Part shown: piece by piece, positions 47,196-61,300 of the stretch
How the letters are laid out: the number at the start of each line of letters is the position of its first letter
Numbering within the stretch: position 1 is the stretch's first letter
Assembly: GCF_964204645.1 (NCBI RefSeq)
Contig: NC_134031.1
Span: 19,103,910-19,167,909, forward strand
DNA length: 64,000 bases
Reading direction: 5' to 3'
From: Tubulanus polymorphus
Taxonomy: Eukaryota > Animalia > Nemertea
Position numbers and translations under genes: made by a program
The notes under the pieces: model-generated
Databases searched by the model: none
Told to the model about the DNA's origin: nothing
What the model saw: the letters and a program-made list of their open reading frames with translations, nothing else

Positions 47196-50100
47196 TTAGT
47201 TACCGCGTGAACTGCTATCTGCTTTACTATTCCTTCTACTCGTTTTACCGTTACCTGTGTCACCGTGAGTCATCTTTAATTTGACGGAATCGGAGCCACT
47301 CCCGCCCCCTGACGACTGAATCGCCGTCGCCTTCGTACTGGTCGGTTTCTCAGCTATAGACGAAGAGGCGTTGCTAAACGACGAACGGGCGTTGATCTTT
47401 GGGAGATTGATGGCTTGATGGTAGGGACTAGAGTTAGCGCGCGGTCGCACGCTCAATTCGACCGGTTCTTTGACCGGTGAAATGCTGCCGCTGCGGGTTT
47501 GCCGAGCCGGAGAGACGGAAGCTCGTCGGGAAGACGTCGTCGAATCGCGACGTTGTTGATCTCCGTTGTAGATCAGTTCGAACGTATGCGACGTTTTCAG
47601 CGGAAGTATCGGCTGGTTTTTACGCGCCTTGTCGAAACATTCCAAACTCATCCCTGCAAAAAACGGACACAAACATTAAATAATTATACAGAAACATAAA
47701 AACATTGATTATAGAGTATTAGAGTTTGGATCAGGCAATGTGTTATAATAGGTTAGGCCAAGTATAGTTAGTTACCTAATTGTTGGTGGTAAGCTTTTCT
47801 AATCGGATGGGCTTATACCAACATGTGGTTTGTGAAAATATTTGGTCGTGAAACTAAACCACAGACGGGTTACTGACTTGGTGAAAAAGCAATGAGCTGG
47901 TATCTAGTGGGGTCTAATGTTTAGAGCGCTTTGCTAACACTCCCGCGTTTTTGAAGTTGAATTCCGATTTTTGTGAATGTCACTTTAAAGTACAGCCCAT
48001 GAAATGGGAGCTAGAAAAGATCGCTCTTCCGAAGTTAAAGTCATAACTTAAGTCGAACTGGATCCACTCACCTATAGTCTGTTCAATAATAGGTGGCAGC
48101 ACATCCTTCAACACTTCGCAGTTTATATTCAATGCAGGATTGATATTGATTTCGATCAACCAAACTTTCATGTTGTCATCGATCATAAAATCGAATCCGT
48201 AGATAGCGAAGAATCCGACTTTTGAGCCGAGTTTGTGTCGAACGCACTCAAAACAATGACGCATTATCTTCTGCATTTGTTTCTGAAAATACAAACTAAG
48301 TCTTAACAAAATTTTTCTGGTCTAAAATGTTAAAATCAATTGATTTTTCATGAATCACGTATTGATAAAGAAACACGCGTTCAATGGCAAAATTCCAAGT
48401 TTTCCCTAAGTTTTAGCCAAAATTTGTCAAATTCCCTGATTTTTTTAGAATCACTTAGTTTTCCACGTTTTTGGGAAAATTGGTTAGCCACCCTGTATGA
48501 AATCAAAAGCCAGTCTTAAATCTAAGCCTCGACCCAGGGCACACAGCTGACACAGGGCACACAGTAGAAGTATGAACTGAATGTCACTAATCATTCAAAT
48601 CAAAGCTGAAAACGTTCGTTTTCAAAAGAATTGACATTTTCATGTGTGTGACTCGTTCATAGGAAGTACATTAAACATTGCCTTCCAGTGAAAAAGGCAC
48701 TTTAAAACTTAAAGCATTATCACGAGCATCTTCTTCATACTTACGGCTAATACATTAAAAACCCAGTCTTTCTGTAAACCTTTCTCAGGAGCGACTTTCT
48801 CATTGATATATTCATTAAAACGTTCCTCGCTCCACACCGTGTCTTCCTTCATTTCTTTATACATCGGATCTTTCTTTTGAATATACTGTTCAAAATACAA
48901 AACCACATACAGAATGAATCAGTCATAATAAGACTATTAACCCCTTATAGGTTTTGGACGTATCTTTCACGTCAATAGAAGTTCAATTTAACCCTTTCAG
49001 TGCTCACTAATACCCTAAAGTGCGGGAGATAATTTGAATTTTTTTTAGACATTCCAGCCCAGTGTGTCGAATTACGGGCTGTAGTGCGTCTACACAGTGC
49101 AGTGTATTGTTATTTACTAAGTGTTTGACAGGTACTGCCATCATTCATTAGAGATAAAAAGTAATTACTACTAAAATCTGTCACGGAATGGAAATTTTCC
49201 TCTGATTCAATAGATAAACTCACAATGAGATCGTTATGTCTTTATTACTAGAACAGACCATCGCTGATTTATACACCGCACTGCAGTGTAAACACACAGA
49301 AAGGGTTAACCGTAGCTATAAATGAGTACCTGATTGGTAAGATGAGTTGTCATATCCGCGTCATCTTTATTATATTTATGAATCGACAGACGTAGATATC
49401 CACCGTGGTAGTATAACATGAACGGACTCGTACTGGGAATCATCATATACGCGCGGATATCGAACTTCTTACCCTCAACGAGTAACGGATCGTTGATGTA
49501 CCTCTGAACGATTCGCGGCATTCGTCTGATCGTCAACTTGCGTCCGGGTTGATTCTCCGAACGCTCGTCTCGTTCTTGTATCGTTTTCTTTATTTCGTCC
49601 AAGTTGCGAAACAAATAAATGCCTTTCCCTTGATTCAGACCGGTCGGTTTACAAATCCATATTTCACCATCTGCAGAAATAAACAGTGAACATTCTAAAT
49701 ATTTACTTTAATCAGTCGAAAAGGTTGGTTACACTGAACATGTAAACAACCAAAATGAGCCAAGACCAGTCTTACATCTTCAAATGGACCCTGTACCTTA
49801 CTGATATGAGTGTTGGCTTAATAAAAAAAGCTCAGTTAAACATAAAAAAGTACATTTCGATTTCATCAAAAGTTTAAGCTTAACAAGGTTAAGTTTTTAT
49901 TGGTGTCTTCATTGAAATCATGAAGTAACAAATAAACAAATATTCGAAGTCTGCTCCTGAGTTTATTATTTTCTAAGGTGGATTTGATTCTATTCCAGGA
50001 GTGCTATCCAAGTAAGGGTCCGATAAGAACGACTGAACCAGTTGAATATCTCCTAATCTCATTATCACACTCACCATTGTAGGTTTCTAAAAATCGTTCC

Positions 50101-53100
50101 CTCTCATTTTTGTCGTCGATGTTATAAGTTTCCGGGAAGATGTCGGTGAATTTAAGTCGCGCGCGCGATTTTTTCAACGTCGACATCACTCGTTCGTATT
50201 CCTTCAATGAATTAATCAATCCGAGTTTATTCGTCAGCATTGAACAGTTCGGTATATGATTCACTAATTGTTCACCTACAAATAACGAAGATTTCCTTCA
50301 TACCTTTTACATGTACATAGCAATATTTCAACTGTTCCAGCCAAGTTTCACAGTTTTGCGTCAAAATTTGTAAATGTTCAATGAAATCTATGAGCTCCAA
50401 AGACAGAGTGGCCACTTTTAATTGACTAAATGAACCAAATTTAATACTATCTAAGGTATCTTGCATTGATCCAAAATAGGGGACAAAAAAAGAAGCAAAA
50501 CTCTGTGAAGTAAAAGTGCTGTAGCTTGATATCATTATAGTAAATGGACCACAGGAGGCGCTTAAGGAAAGAAAATGGTTTAACTGAATATCAGGCACTA
50601 TAGCAACTGAATTTCTGTTCTTGATGTAAAACAAGAGTTCATGATAGCTAGAGAGTTTTTCAATTTTTAAGTTTCAGATTAGTTTAGAGCTGGTTTCATT
50701 TTCTCGCGTACGCGAAATTACCTTCTTTGAACGTGTTGAAGTTAATAGCACCTTTAGACTCAGTCCATTTGAGTTTGAAATTATCACAGTATTTGTCGGT
50801 TGTACGTTTCCAACCTAAAGCCAGGAGTGGTGTCTCTACCCTGCAGCAGAATGATATACATAAACAAAGGGGTCAATGAATGAAGCCAGGAAAAAAGTAC
50901 GACGAATAATTTTGAGATTGAAATGGTTGAAACTAACAGCGAAACTCCATTGTGTCCACCAATATAAAACACCGGTGTCTGATTCGCTGAAATCGATACT
51001 TTAGGAGCTCGATCTCGTTGTTTATCGGATGGTTTCGACTGACTCGTAGCGGCAGCAGCAGCAGCAGCAGCTGTCATCGCAGCTGCTGCACCAGTAGTGG
51101 ATGATGTCATCATTGTCGTCTGGCGGTCATCTTTCCGCGATGGAGAAGTTTGTAACTTACGTGGAACTGCAAAAACAAAATTAAATGCAATTAAACAGTT
51201 GTAGATGCATCAGGTCCATGTCTACAGTTGCACTTCAAATACAATAATTTGACCAGTGCTCAAATTTGGCTCAGGCCTGGTCACATATTAACTTTTGCCA
51301 AATGAGGCCCGAATAATGCTCATGTAACCACGGCGCTTGACCAGTAATATCATTAATTTCCTATTTCTATCATATATCATCGTCACCTAAATTCAATCGA
51401 TGATAAAATTAATATCAAAATCATCATCATTATTACTATAAAAAATCTATGATGAAAATAATATCTTGAAGTCCTCAAAATATACTATATTCCACTTGTT
51501 TTAGAAAATACAACTTTAAAGTCATTCCATAAGTCAACGTTTATTTGTGATAGGTTTTGTATGGAACTGGCACCTAATCTTCAATAAAATATCTCAAGCA
51601 GAATTAGTTTTGTTTTTAATTTCTGATCGCGTTGACTATTTCAATCGGATAATTGATTACCCGCGGCGTCAATCACAGAATCACGAGTTCATCGGGTCGA
51701 AACGACAGAAATAATCCTCGAGGTCACGCGGAGCCGAAGAAGCGTTTACACGTCGCTAAGCAACTGTGGTAAACAGACGAGAAATCCATCACTGCGACGA
51801 ATGGCATCGAAATGCAATTGCTTTTAAAAATCTCTATTGATCTCGATGTTGAGAGAGAGAGAGAGAAAGAGAGGTATTCGCTGTGACTTTATAATGGAAA
51901 TCAGATTGATTAATTTAAATTCACGAAGCATCAATAAAATCACTTTGAATAATAACCTAAATTTGAAATGATCATCAATTACTAGTGAACAATGAGTCTC
52001 ATTGTTCACCTGATCCCGGCGACCGGCTGGAGTCATTTCAATTTTGATTCAATTTTCATACAAGAATGCCAACCATTCCCCGCATCAATGAAAGACCTTC
52101 GCGATTCATACTTAGACCAAAGTGATTTTGATTTTGTTTTCCTAATTAGATGAACTATGTATCATTTGAAACATCAAGAGATGAATTGAGTGTTCAGGTC
52201 AGGTGTCCACACAGGTTAGGTGTCCATACAGGTCAGGTGTCCACACAGGTCAGGTGTCCACACAGGTCAGGTGTCCACACAGGTCAGGTGTCCACACAGG
52301 TCAGGTGTCCATACAGTTCATGTATCTAGAGGCTGCTACCGATGTCACTTCAAAAATAACACGCTCAGTGGATTTCTCACAATATGAATGTTCTCCTGTC
52401 AAACTAATGGCAAGAAAAATATTTTGTAGTAAAACGAAACTAAAAGAGGTTTTCATTGCTAAATATCAGCGGGTCAATCTACATTATAGCCTGCATATCA
52501 TTCAAATCAAACCTTTGTAGTTAAATGCCAAAGTAAGAAGTCTCCCGATCTTCCATAGTTTCAAAGACAATAACAATCTGTTGGCAAGTAACAAGGTCCG
52601 TGTGACCAAATTCACCGAGTTAAAGACAAGTCACAATGTTAATATCCGTAAACTACCTGAAATCACTCCATCATTGAAACTGGTATCCTCCTGAACTATA
52701 CTAGAAGTTGTGCCCATTTTCTGTTGAAATCAATCGCACTCGAACGAACGGTGTAAAATCCGTGCCGTCTACTAAACAAACTCCAATTAAACAAAACCAT
52801 AGCTACAAACATTTATACATACATACCCGATGACATTATTATCGCACATAATTCATCGTGATTTTTTGCAACGATTGAAGAAAGTTAATTCAGTTATGGA
52901 AGGTTTATTCAGTGTAGCAGTGTGTCGCGGCGAACTGGTTTTAATGATTCTCTATAACGCCGTGAACCGAATGCTAAACTTTGTTTCCTAGTTTTACATT
53001 AACATCATTAGCCTATTAAAACTCACTACCTCGCGGTAATCTGTGTCAAAATCTCATTCAGTAATACACCGGTGAAAAATCATTTCGAAATATCGTTTCA

Positions 53101-56100
53101 CCAAATCGAGCTATAGTCGACATTTGTTTAAAACCCGACCCTTCGTTAACGTTAAATCTTTTATATTTTGCGTACGCACTTTATGAAACTTTTCTAGTCG
53201 CACCAATCACAGTAACGCTTGAATTCAAACCACAACTTCGGGACTTCCGAAATATGTCCTCGTTTTTTCATCAAAAGCTGCCATTACATGACCTGGAACA
53301 CTGTCCACACAGGTGCCAAATTGGCCAGTGTCTGTTTGGCGCTCTCTAATTAGGCACGGACCAAATTTGGCTCAGGCCTGGTCCGTGCCGAATAGTTTTA
53401 GTGTGATCGCGGTTTAAGTGTCCATGAAATTCCTCATTAGATTAGTAAACATGAAGTCAAATATTACTTTCGCTACTAGTGCAATAGTAGTGGTAGATGA
53501 AATACAGTGTGAAAAACCAGTTGATTATTGAAAGATCGTTGTTTTTTATCATCAAATATAAGAAACATATTTCTCAGTACGGGTTGCCTGTCAGCGTGCC
53601 TATTCATACCAGTAATTGAAATATAGACACAAGATTCTTTGTTATAGAATATATAACGTGACAAGTTTTTTCACAAGCTCTAGATTCCAGAAAAACCGGT
53701 ATCTATCATAATTCATATCGAAAACAATCAGAAGAAAATGTAAAGCAATATTTATCATATCAAGGTATAGAGAATATTGAAAAGGACTCTCGACCTGTTT
53801 TATTTGTCTTCAGATCCCATTCCTCACTGATATTTGACTTAACTAATTAAATTTGGAAACAATAATCAATTGACTTTCGTATCAGGAATGAAATCAATTC
53901 ATTTTCTCAATAATTTGCCTCACAATTCAAATATTTATCTATAACAAAGCTAACAACAGCCCTACAACTCTGGATCGGATTTCATACCTAATCTTTAACA
54001 GACCAAACTCTCCCTCTCTCCCTCCATATTACACAAGGCTCTTCCTCCCTTTCTGCCACCAGATCCAACCAAACCTCTTACCAAACTTTTCCCATTGCAG
54101 CCTCACCCAATTCCAGTACCCAACTCTCCAACTATCAGTTCTAGTACCCAACTCTCCAACTATCAATTCCAGTACCCAACTCTCCAACTATCAGTTCCAG
54201 TACCCAACTCTCAAATTATCAGTTCCAGTACCCAACTCTCAAACTATCAGTTCCAGTACCCAACTCTCCAACTATCAGTTCTAGTACCCAACTCTCAAAC
54301 TATCAGTTCCAGTACCCAACTCTCCAACTATCAGTTCTAGTACCCAACTCTCCAACTATCAGTTCCAGTACCCAACTCTCCAACCATCAGTTCTAGTACC
54401 CAACTCTCCAACTATCAGTTCCAGTACCCAACTCTCCAACCATCAGTTCTAGTACCCAACTCTCCAACCATCAGTTCTAGTACCCAACTCTCCAACTATC
54501 AGTTCTAGTACCCAACTCTCCAACTATCAGTTCCAGTACCCAACTCTCCAACCATCAGTTCTAGTACCCAACTCTCCAACCATCAGTTCTAGTACCCAAC
54601 TCTCCAACTATCAGTTCTAGTACCCAACTCTCCAACCATCAGTTCTAGTACCCAACTCTCCAACTATCAGTTCCAGTACCCAACTCTCCAACTATCAGTT
54701 CCAGTACCCAACTCACCCCTCAGTTCAGTGTTCTGTGATCTGATTGAATACTTACAATGACCGCTATTAGCAGAAACAGAGAACCTACGACAGTAACTAG
54801 CCAACGTATCGTTCAGATAATGATTCGTCGGTTTCTCCGAGCCGTCCGTCGAACAGAAATCACCGGTTCTCGATCGGCGGCGAAGAAGTTTAATTCGTCC
54901 ATCATCGGACGGTAGATAAATATCCCAAGCTTCTAACAAGTGGTTGAACATCGCGGTTGAATGACCGTTAACTCGATCACAGCGACGTACATCGGGTAAA
55001 TTGAGTTCAATCATCAACTTCGTCTCGATCTCAATACACCAGCAACCGGTTCAATATCATATACAATCAGCTATATTCGTCTTTTTAATTCGGTTCGATA
55101 AATCACATTAATGTACCATCGATCGTGCTTCCTCGTGCATACATCACCGTCATATACAATCTAATTCCACAATAAAGAAACAGTCTGGAATGTTTCCAAA
55201 ATGTTTCCGAAATGTTTCCTCGAGCTGTTGATGTTTCGACTATATTCTAATAGTCATTTACAGGAAAACTGAGGTTACAACAAAATTATGAAATATTAAT
55301 ATGTACCATCCATAATGAACCTATCCTAATATTTTAGTGTGATTGCTTCATTAGTCTGTCATTGCTCTGGACTGTAATTTTGTAGAAACTTTAGAATTCC
55401 TGAAGATGACTAATTGGATGAAATAAACAAATAGCTCAGGAAAACATTTCAGATTTTGTTTTTCTTTTATATAGTGGAATTTGATCATTTTTTTTTCTCT
55501 GAATGTTTCATCAAGATTAACATCAGATTCATGTTGCATCTCACATTCACCAGGAAACTGGTGCTATAAGCTATAATTACAGTCACCTCTAATACTCTCC
55601 CCCTCCCCCTCCCTTGAACTGGAAAACTTATAAATACAATCAAATTCACTACTGCCTCCTGGTTCTTATTTTACAGAAACTATTGTAATCATGATTTATC
55701 ATAATCATTCAATTCATTGAGAACAAACAGGTCGTCATTTTAGTAAATCATAACTTACAGTAGTTTTTGTGAAGCTAACCCCGAGATAATCGACAGCAGA
55801 CTGATTTTTTCAAAATGATCCTTCCACTAGTTTCTAGAACTTCATGTCGCTGTTGCTCACAAGTCGTCGTCAGCTGTTTTCGTACAAATATTAGAACCAT
55901 TTTTTTGTTTGGTAGAAAAATGCTCAATAGCATCGAGATTATATTGGATTTGTGATGTATTGTGAGAAGCACGTTTTACGATGATGATGATGATGAATTG
56001 CACCGCATTTCACATTCACCAGGAATTATAGGTAATAACCTCTAAATATCCCGACCGATTGCCAACAGAAGCTCGAGGTATACAATTTTCCAAATGGCGA

Positions 56101-58325
56101 AAAAAAATACAACCACTTGTACATGTTATCTTCTGTTAGTAATTCAAGGCCTTCTACACCAGTCTCAGAATGCATTTTCTGTCGACTACTTTTGCAAAAT
56201 ATTCTGGGGGATTCAGATTCCTGAGATTTCCTACAGATGCTCCGCGCTTTAGGCACCCCAAATGTTGGCTTCACCACTGTATGAATTATCAGGATGAAAA
56301 TCGCACCCCAAACACAGGGCTTTTATAGCTATTTAGGCCAAAAAATTGATACTTTGTTTCTCATTTCTGTTGAGCAGGTCCGGCTGCCTATCTACAGTGT
56401 ACTTTACGTTTTTAATATCACGATCAGGCTAACCATAACAGACCCAGCAAAAACAAACCAATTACATTTTTTTAGCAGTTTACAAAAGTGACTGGGCTGA
56501 TTAGGAGAAACAAGGTCGCATTTACTCAGCCTTACATAGTTTTTAGGGTTCAACCAGTCCAACTCAAACTGCGGAACCGCTGGGTTAGAGCTAGTCGCAG
56601 ATTCTTCATACGAACTAAAACCCATTTACGCCGCAAATGACGAAACCTTAAGAAAATATTCTCGATAATCGATGACGGATCGACGAAAAAAATAGAAACC
56701 AAAAAATATTTCCCTTCGTTACGCGACGAAACTTCGATAGATTCATCGATGAAATATCGAAACAACAGACAAAACACATCGAGAATAAATAGCGACATGC
56801 GTGTGTAACTATAGCTACTAATCACTGAGAACTATTAAACAATCCATCTTACATCACGCTACCACAACAACTACGTGCTCCAATACGATTGGTCAGTTGT
56901 ACCGTTACACGCTGCGCGCTAAGCAACCGGCTGTACTCATAATTATCAAACTTATAAATGATTCAGAAATAGAGACGCACGAGATGAAGTCCCCGCACAT
57001 GAACTATTGTTCACTAAACCGCAATGTTGAGGGTTAAGATTAACTTTCACATTTCAGTTCGGCATCAGAATGTTTACCAATGGTTCCCACCGATTACACA
57101 AATTCAAAATCAAAAGTTTTTCATGAGCGACTTTACAATTTTCCCAAATAGAAATGAATAGATACCAGCAAACTTACTGGTCCCGCGAGCTAGAGTTCAG
57201 AGAAAATATCAAATCAAGCCAAAAAATCTATCAATCAATTTAAGATCAGTCTAAACAAATATCAAACATTATCAATTCTTATCAATTCATAAACGAAATA
57301 AAAAACCTTCGTTAATTCGATTAGGCCTATAAGAATGTGCCGATAATCTCTTACCTGATTTCATAGTGAGACTGTTTGCACATGATAGAGAAATGATCTA
57401 ATAAACAGAGTCAACGCCTCCATCATTGAACAGCTATCATCCAATCAAACTGTTCAATAATACTCTCCACTCAATCATCTATCATTACAATCTACGTTTT
57501 GTCTTCAAAATTCTGATGTGCGCCAAACTTTCATATCATAGACTAAAATACATGGTACCTTTCTGACACCTATATTTATATAGACTCTTAAATTCAATGA
57601 GGGACATTTCATCCCGCAGTAAGAACGAAAAATAGAGTCCGAAATGTTTCCCGGAGGTAGTAGAATCTTCAGATTTCTGGAATATGGTAGAAACATCGAA
57701 TAAACTGAACCTCGAAGAAATAAAGTGGATTTCTTTCTTAATGAGGTATTCCATATTATCATTACAACACAGATAGACTTATCATTGAGAGAAACCCATA
57801 ATATCTATTTAAACAACTACGGCTCAAGGAAACATTTTGGACTCCTATTTCTTCTTCTAAATGAAGTATTTTTATATATTATCGTTACGCGGACTCAGAA
57901 TGTTTTATCAATCGTTTTTTCATGCTACCCGGAGACTGAAGCATCCATTTAGATATTCATAAAACTACAACTTGAAAATGAACTCGGAAATTCTGTCCAT
58001 CATCCTACAGTTCATATAAGCAATACATGACAGTTCTGATAATTCACGTGCTAATGTAAATTCAACGTTCATCCTCTGATAAGCACAGTCATTCATTAAT
58101 CTAATTATCACTTATCTAAAAAGATTTTTTTTCGATTTTTCATTGATTTTGAAACCCAGTTCTGGAGACTTACTCGATATTACGAACACCTACGTACCAT
58201 CAGGCCCTATATCCGATATATGTGGAATAATGCGGTGTATGCCTGACCCGACGAGACCTCTCTATTACAGTAATCTGATTATATGTATTTCCATAAGGCA
58301 GATAATAGGATTTATTAGGCTATGA

Positions 58326-58365
<40 letters not shown>

Positions 58366-61300
58366 GCCGAACTGGCAGAGTGGATTTAACATATAGATTC
58401 AATAGGATTGAGATCATTATGCGTAAAAAGCCTGTTTGTAATCAGTGCTAATCGCGATATATTTCAGTGTCCCCAATAAATAAACACCGGATCAACTTTC
58501 TGTGCGCTAATCTACTCTTTGAAAATGTGGGCCCTGTTGCACTGTTATGGCTTAGATTGAAGACCAGTCTTAGACTACGTTAGCTTTTGGCCAATCATAA
58601 GAGTAACTGCTCTTACAGCATAAGAGCAGACTGAGACAAATTTCACAACTTAAAATCAGTTTTGACTTGAAGTCACATCTATACAACCGACCCCGGGGAG
58701 GTTTTAGTTACATGTGAGGGTGAGGAAACTGGATATAATGGAGATAACGCTTCTTCTAAATAGAGGCCTATGAATCTGAGGGGATACGAAATGAAACTCT
58801 CGGGGCGGGGAAAAGAAAGTTACATTATACAAATAAAGGTAAAACGGTAAAAAAAACTTATCATAATTTTCATGAAATTGTTCGTAGATTTCATCCCCTG
58901 AAGCGGCTAAAACACTGCAACCGCGCGTCGATAAACGCTACTAACCAAACAAAACCTTACGGCGAGAATCATTTAAAAAAATTTCATCACTGTCGGAAAT
59001 TACAACACAAAAACGTCGTCGTCGTCGCTCGCGCTCGGCTGTTAGTGGAATACACCCGACGTTTGAATACGAAATTTCATTCGCGCCCAAAAAAACCCGG
59101 CGTGGTTTATTGACGTAGAGATCATTGTTTACATTCGTCGTAGTCGTCGTCGTCTGCCGGTGACAACAATACCGCGATTCAACTGCGTCTGCTGCTACCA
59201 ATAGCAACCAGATATACAACTCAATTTAAACATTCGAACTAATGCGGCACCGATATCAATGATCGCTCTGTGACTACGACCTAGCACGATATTTAACGTT
59301 TTATAGAAATTTAGGTATCCATTCGGCCAACCAAACAAACATTTGAGTCAATTACAGCAAAACCTCTATGTATCTTTGCCGACAGTTTTAGAGGTGCGGC
59401 CATCCCTTTCACTTTTACATCCACCCCTCTGAAAATTAGTCATCCCTTATAAGATATCTGCTACCCCTCTAAAAATATGATGACAATTCTATCAATGCTT
59501 ATAATGATTATCACCGCTAACTAGCAAGTTCATCTAATTTGAAAAAATAGCGGAATACATTTTTTCGGAGACCAAAATCTTTGCTACTTCAGCAGCCACA
59601 ATGTTATATGCTAAAGAATAAAGAATGAATGAATGCAGCCCCTCTAACCCCCCCCCCCCCCCACTAGCCCCCTCCCCCTGTTGATAGAGAAATATATGAA
59701 TTATATAAAAACATGAATGCAGCTACATTGCACAAACTGATTAATTCAATAATTATACAGCAAACTTTGTGAATTACTGAGAAAGTTGAGTCAAAATGAA
59801 TCGAAGTTTAAAAGCAATTTGATGTTTCTACGATAACTTCAATCTGTCTATTGAAATTATTGATATTCTGATGAAACTGATGACGATGATGAAATCTGAG
59901 TTCTCAGTCAGACCATATCAATTCAAAGATTATTGTTCGAGTCATTAAAAACAGATTTGGACTTCCAAAATTCCCAAATTTAGTTACGATTTAGAGGTTC
60001 AACATTTGAAATGAACTTACTTCAATCCTATAATAAGGGTTTATCTATAACCAACAATCACGGAGCTGGGGTCAACTATCAGAAGATTTAAATCCCAACC
60101 CAGTTCTACAGTTATGAATGAAATTTGACATTCAAATCAAATTGTCATTATCAATATACAATTGTGGAGCACCGGTACGGTGAAAATATGTGACTTACAG
60201 AACTGTGTTATCGTATCATCATCAACTAATCCTAACCTGACTTCCCCCTTGGAACAAACCCTGGAGTATCGTAAGCTTTTTTGAAAGTGGGATCAGCGAG
60301 AGGAGACACTTACATGATTTATCATCTAACTTGCAATCAGAGCGAGTTTGGTTGATTGTTTTAACCGGTGATTTCGTTCTGTGTTTCTGTTGTTGGTGTT
60401 TAGCGGTTGTATTTGTTTTAGGAGCAGCAGACGAACTCTTCGCGTTACTCTGTGAATCTCCTGCTCCTTTCAGCGGCGACGATGAGTTGTCACTCTGAGC
60501 AGGAGATATTAAACAACTCGTTGGTTTCTCCTGATTACAGCCGCCGACCAGTTCACCCTCCTGAACATCCGACGGAGCTGTATCATTATGAGCGGCGTTC
60601 CCGGATGAAATCGGAGTCGACTCCAGAGTCGTCAGTCGAGGTTTTGCTCCGTAATCGGTCGCGAGCGTCGCTTCGTCTTTAATTACGATTTCCTCCTTTT
60701 CATCCTCGTCGTCATCATCTGAACTTTCCATTACGTTCAGTTTTTCCAGAACTTCGATTTCCAGATTTTCATCGTCGTCTTCAGATCGTTTGCAACCTTC
60801 AGGAGTTGAAGCGGCGCCATCTTCTGGCAAATACAAGATGAAACTCGGCTCAGACGTCATCTCGGCGTTTAAACCGAAACCGGACGCGGCGATCGAATCT
60901 ATCGCCGATTCGTCGATTTGCCGATTCGATTTCAATGATTCGTAAGCTTGTCGACGTTTTTCGGCGAGTTCATCGGCGTCGTGTGATTTCACTAATTCAT
61001 CGTCAGTGTCGCCGGCATCTAACGCATCATCCTCGCTTTCATCGTCGCTCAAAGCGAATATCGACCTGGACGACGGAGGTTTCTTGAATTTCGATTTTTT
61101 CCACGGATGTGTCGGGCAATAACTGAAATTTAGAATCGTCTTGAATATTCAGAATCATCAGCAAAGTTATTCAGGAAAATCTTTATTGCAAAAACCATTT
61201 TTTTCTAGCTTGTCTTATCACGGGGAACTGGAAGGGCAGGGTCCGAAAAAATGTTGTTTTTCTTCGGGGGAAAGAAAGAAGCCATGCGACAAGCATGGGT

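Noticed and set aside
54105-54715. Regular repeats of CRISPR-like length (also 22323-22650 and 33823-34220)
   Set aside because: No unique spacers, no cas genes, eukaryotic intron context.
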